NCBI RefSeq assembly: GCF_009914755.1 | Contig: NC_060947.1 | DNA: 64,000 nt | Reading direction: 5' to 3' (one strand) | DNA from: the human T2T-CHM13v2.0 reference genome, Homo sapiens | Part shown: piece after piece, positions 61,247 through 64,000 of the stretch | How the letters are laid out: each line of letters begins with the position of its first letter | Position numbering within the stretch: the first letter of the stretch is position 1 | Translations under genes and position numbers: made by a program | The notes under the pieces: generated by a model | What the model saw: only the letters and a program-made list of their open reading frames with translations | Told to the model about the DNA's origin: nothing | The model's database searches: none

Positions 61247-62483
61247 ATGTATCTTCAAACCAATTATTTAAAAACCTTTTTTTCAGCCAATGAATCAATA
61301 TTTGTTTGCTTTATTCACTGGTGCATTCAACAAATGAATATATACGTGGGTAATTTCTTGTATAGCCTGTGTCACATTTTGTAGAACTAGAATTAAAAAG
61401 AAAAAGTCAATTTATGGCTTATATGAAAAAATATACATATTTAAAAAAGAAATTTTATCTAAGCAAAATTGTTTCTCAAGTAGCTCTGTACATTTTTTAT
61501 GTATTGTCATATTTGGGTTTCATACCCTAGACTTCTGTCTTTCATTTATTTATTCTGGTTGATAGGTAAGTTGCCTTATCTGCATTATTTCTAAAGATGT
61601 GAAAAATTATTATGATTTTTAAATGTTAAAGTAAACATACCTCATACTTTTCACTAAAATGCAAAATATTGTAATAAAATAAATGACAAATTTTTCAAAG
61701 AAACATGAAGCATAGTCAATAAAACATACAACTTTATTAAATCTCTATGTTCTAGAATCAATTTTTGCATTGACGTATATTCATAAGACACCTAGAAAAT
61801 ACCTTGTTAATTTTCATAGATTTAAACATTTCACAGGTTTAATTTTAGTAAGCTGACAATTTTCTAGAGGATATTTTTATTTGCAAATACAAATTATTTA
61901 CAGTTAAACTTTGAAATTGGATATTCTTTCCAACTTGATCAATTCTTAAAGAACTGAGAAAAGTCTCAAAATAAAATGGGTTAGAAATAGTTTATATGTT
62001 ATTGCTTTAAAATCATTTCAAGTAGTTATAATGCACTTTCACAGAAACATCATTTTGCCTGAAGCATACAGGAGGGACACGGAATCAGGAACGAACAGAA
62101 TGGAGGCCCCTGGAGCTATGTTTATAGATCCTTGCTCATTTATTGTGCAATTTATTCACTATAGCTTAAGGGACAAGCAAGCATTCATCACCCACTGCTC
62201 CCATCATTTTCAAGGCTGTTCAGTAGATAACACAAATGCTAAGCAAACAAGTCTTTTGATCCATTTCAATCTACTTCTGATTTTTCTTTTAGGTAACAAA
62301 AGTTTATTGATTTGACTCTATCTATGTGTTTCTATCTCTATGTCTACATCTAAAATTTTTCCATCTGTGTCTCTATTTACACATAAAATTGGAAAAAACA
62401 CCACCCTTGGAGTATTCTCTGAACAGGGACAGAAAGTAAAATTGTTTGGTACAAAAGGGATTCCCATCTAAGAGTTTAATATG

Positions 62484-63167
62484 TGTGGAGTCTTAAATAG
62501 ACAAAGGAGTTAGGCTGGTGAGAGATGGGAAAAACAAAAAGAAAAAAACAGATAAGCTCTAAGTACGCCTTTCTTCACGGTTCAGGTCATATAGACCTCC
62601 TGTGCAAACAACTGACAATCTTCCTGAGCCCAACTATCATTAGACACCTACAAGTTAGGTCACCGCAACCTTAGCATTTTTAGTACTGCACAAAGCCCTC
62701 TTCAGCAGACAGCATAAACACTATTTTATAAAATTTCCACCGAGCCTTTGTTTCCCGGCAGTCAGTTTCTGCTGGCCTTCCCATTGCCTCCTTGCAAACT
62801 ATTTTCCTAATAATTTTTCTAATAAATCTGCCTTTCTTTACCTACAACTGTCTTGGCAAATTCTTCTATCCCCATGCCACCGGCCCAGATAGTTGTCGTT
62901 CACCTGTAATATTTTGGTGGCCCATTAGGGGACTTTCTTTTCACGGGGAACTCTCTCCCCTGTCTCTTTCCCTTTCCCAACTTGGGACCCTCAGCAGACA
63001 GCGTCTAAGCATGAGCCAATTGCAGGTCACTGATTGGAGCTACACACAGGTGGGACCAAAAGGTGTCTATGTGGAAGTGTCTGACCACCATCACCCGTTT
63101 TGGTCAAAGGACCTGAGTTTACTTATTTTTTTCTGTCTTCAGCAGCCAGTTTCTTGCATCCCTCTGG
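62484..63167 (+). mobile_element. ERV1 LTR (MER83-like, 62484-62911) plus the start of its internal region
   Basis: 'tgtggagtc.taa.tag..aaaggagt.aggctgg...aataaatctgcctttctttacctacaactgtcttgg.aaattctt', followed by a PBS. Confidence 0.7.
62915..62932 (+). other. Retroviral primer-binding site complementary to tRNA-Ile
   Basis: tggtggcccattagggga lies 3 nt after the LTR end and matches TGGTGGCCCGTACGGGGA at 15/18 positions. Confidence 0.65.
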
Positions 63168-64000
63168 CAATTAAACCTGTTTTCCTTATATATTACCCAG
63201 TCTCAGGTATTTCTTTACAGCAGCATGAGAACGGACTAATACAGTAAGATGATACAGCAGAGAGTGGGATACTGCTATAAAGGGACTGAAAAATGTGGAA
63301 GTAACTTTGGAACTGGGTAACAGGCAGAGGTTGGAAGAGTTTGGAGGGCTCAGAAGAAGACAGGGAGATGTGGGAAAATTTGGAACTTCCTAGAGACTTG
63401 TTGAATGGTTTTGATCAAAATGCTGATAGTGATATGGACAATGAAGTCCAGGCTGAGGTGGTTTCAGATGGAGATGAGGAACTTGTTGGAAACTGGAATA
63501 AAGGTGACTCTTGCTATGCTTTATCAAAGAGACTGGTGGCATTTTTTTGCCTCTGCCTTAGAGATCTGTGGAACTTTGAACTTGAGAGAGATGATTTAGG
63601 GTATCTAACAGAAGACATTTTTAAGTGGCAAAGTGTTCAAGAGGAAGCTGAGCATAAAAGTTTGGAAAATTTGTAGCCTGACCATGCAATAGAAAAGAAA
63701 AATCCATTTTTATGGGGAGAAATTCAAGCAGGCCACAGAATTTGTATAAGTAACGAGAAGCTGAACATTATTTCCCAAGCTAATGGGAAAAATGTCTCCA
63801 GGGCGTGTCAGAGACCTCCATGCCAGCCCTCTCCCATCAAAGGCCCAGAGGCCTAGGAGGAATACATGGTTTCATGGGCCTGGCCCAGTGCCCCCCTGCT
63901 CTATGCAGCCTTGAGACATGGTGCCCTGCGTATCAGCTGCTTCAGCTTCAGGTGATTGTAATTACCTGAGGCCTCCCCAGCCATGCTGAACTCTGAGTCA
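63168..64000 (+). mobile_element. MSTA/THE1-type MaLR: LTR 3' end (63168-63243), internal region to ~63950, partial LTR running off the window
   Basis: 'ttacccagtctcaggtatttcttta.agcagcatgagaacggactaataca'. Internal peptide 'WENLELPRDLLNGFDQNADSDMDNEVQAEVVSDGDEELVGNW'. Confidence 0.88.

Overview
This is AT-rich primate (most likely human-type) genomic DNA made almost entirely of nested interspersed repeats: L1 elements of many ages, Alu/FAM SINEs, MaLR/ERV LTRs and DNA transposons. I found no intact protein-coding gene, RNA gene, CpG island or CRISPR array. The gene-like relics I recognise are a near-full-length dead Hsmar1 mariner transposon (5639-6904), its MITE MADE1 (45641-45720) and a full-length processed RPL26 pseudogene with TSDs (48702-49240, minus). 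The least explained signal is in the small non-repetitive island at about 28.3-29.0 kb. It holds a candidate minus-strand exon (28794-28947/28950) with good splice signals and an open frame, and a perfect 30-bp inverted copy of its acceptor-proximal end sits about 600 bp away inside an old MER3 element. The other findings are unusual retrotransposition or repair structures. I cannot support a genuinely new biological system from this sequence alone. Repeat subfamily names come from recognising consensus sequences by eye and need RepeatMasker/Dfam confirmation; many boundaries are approximate.
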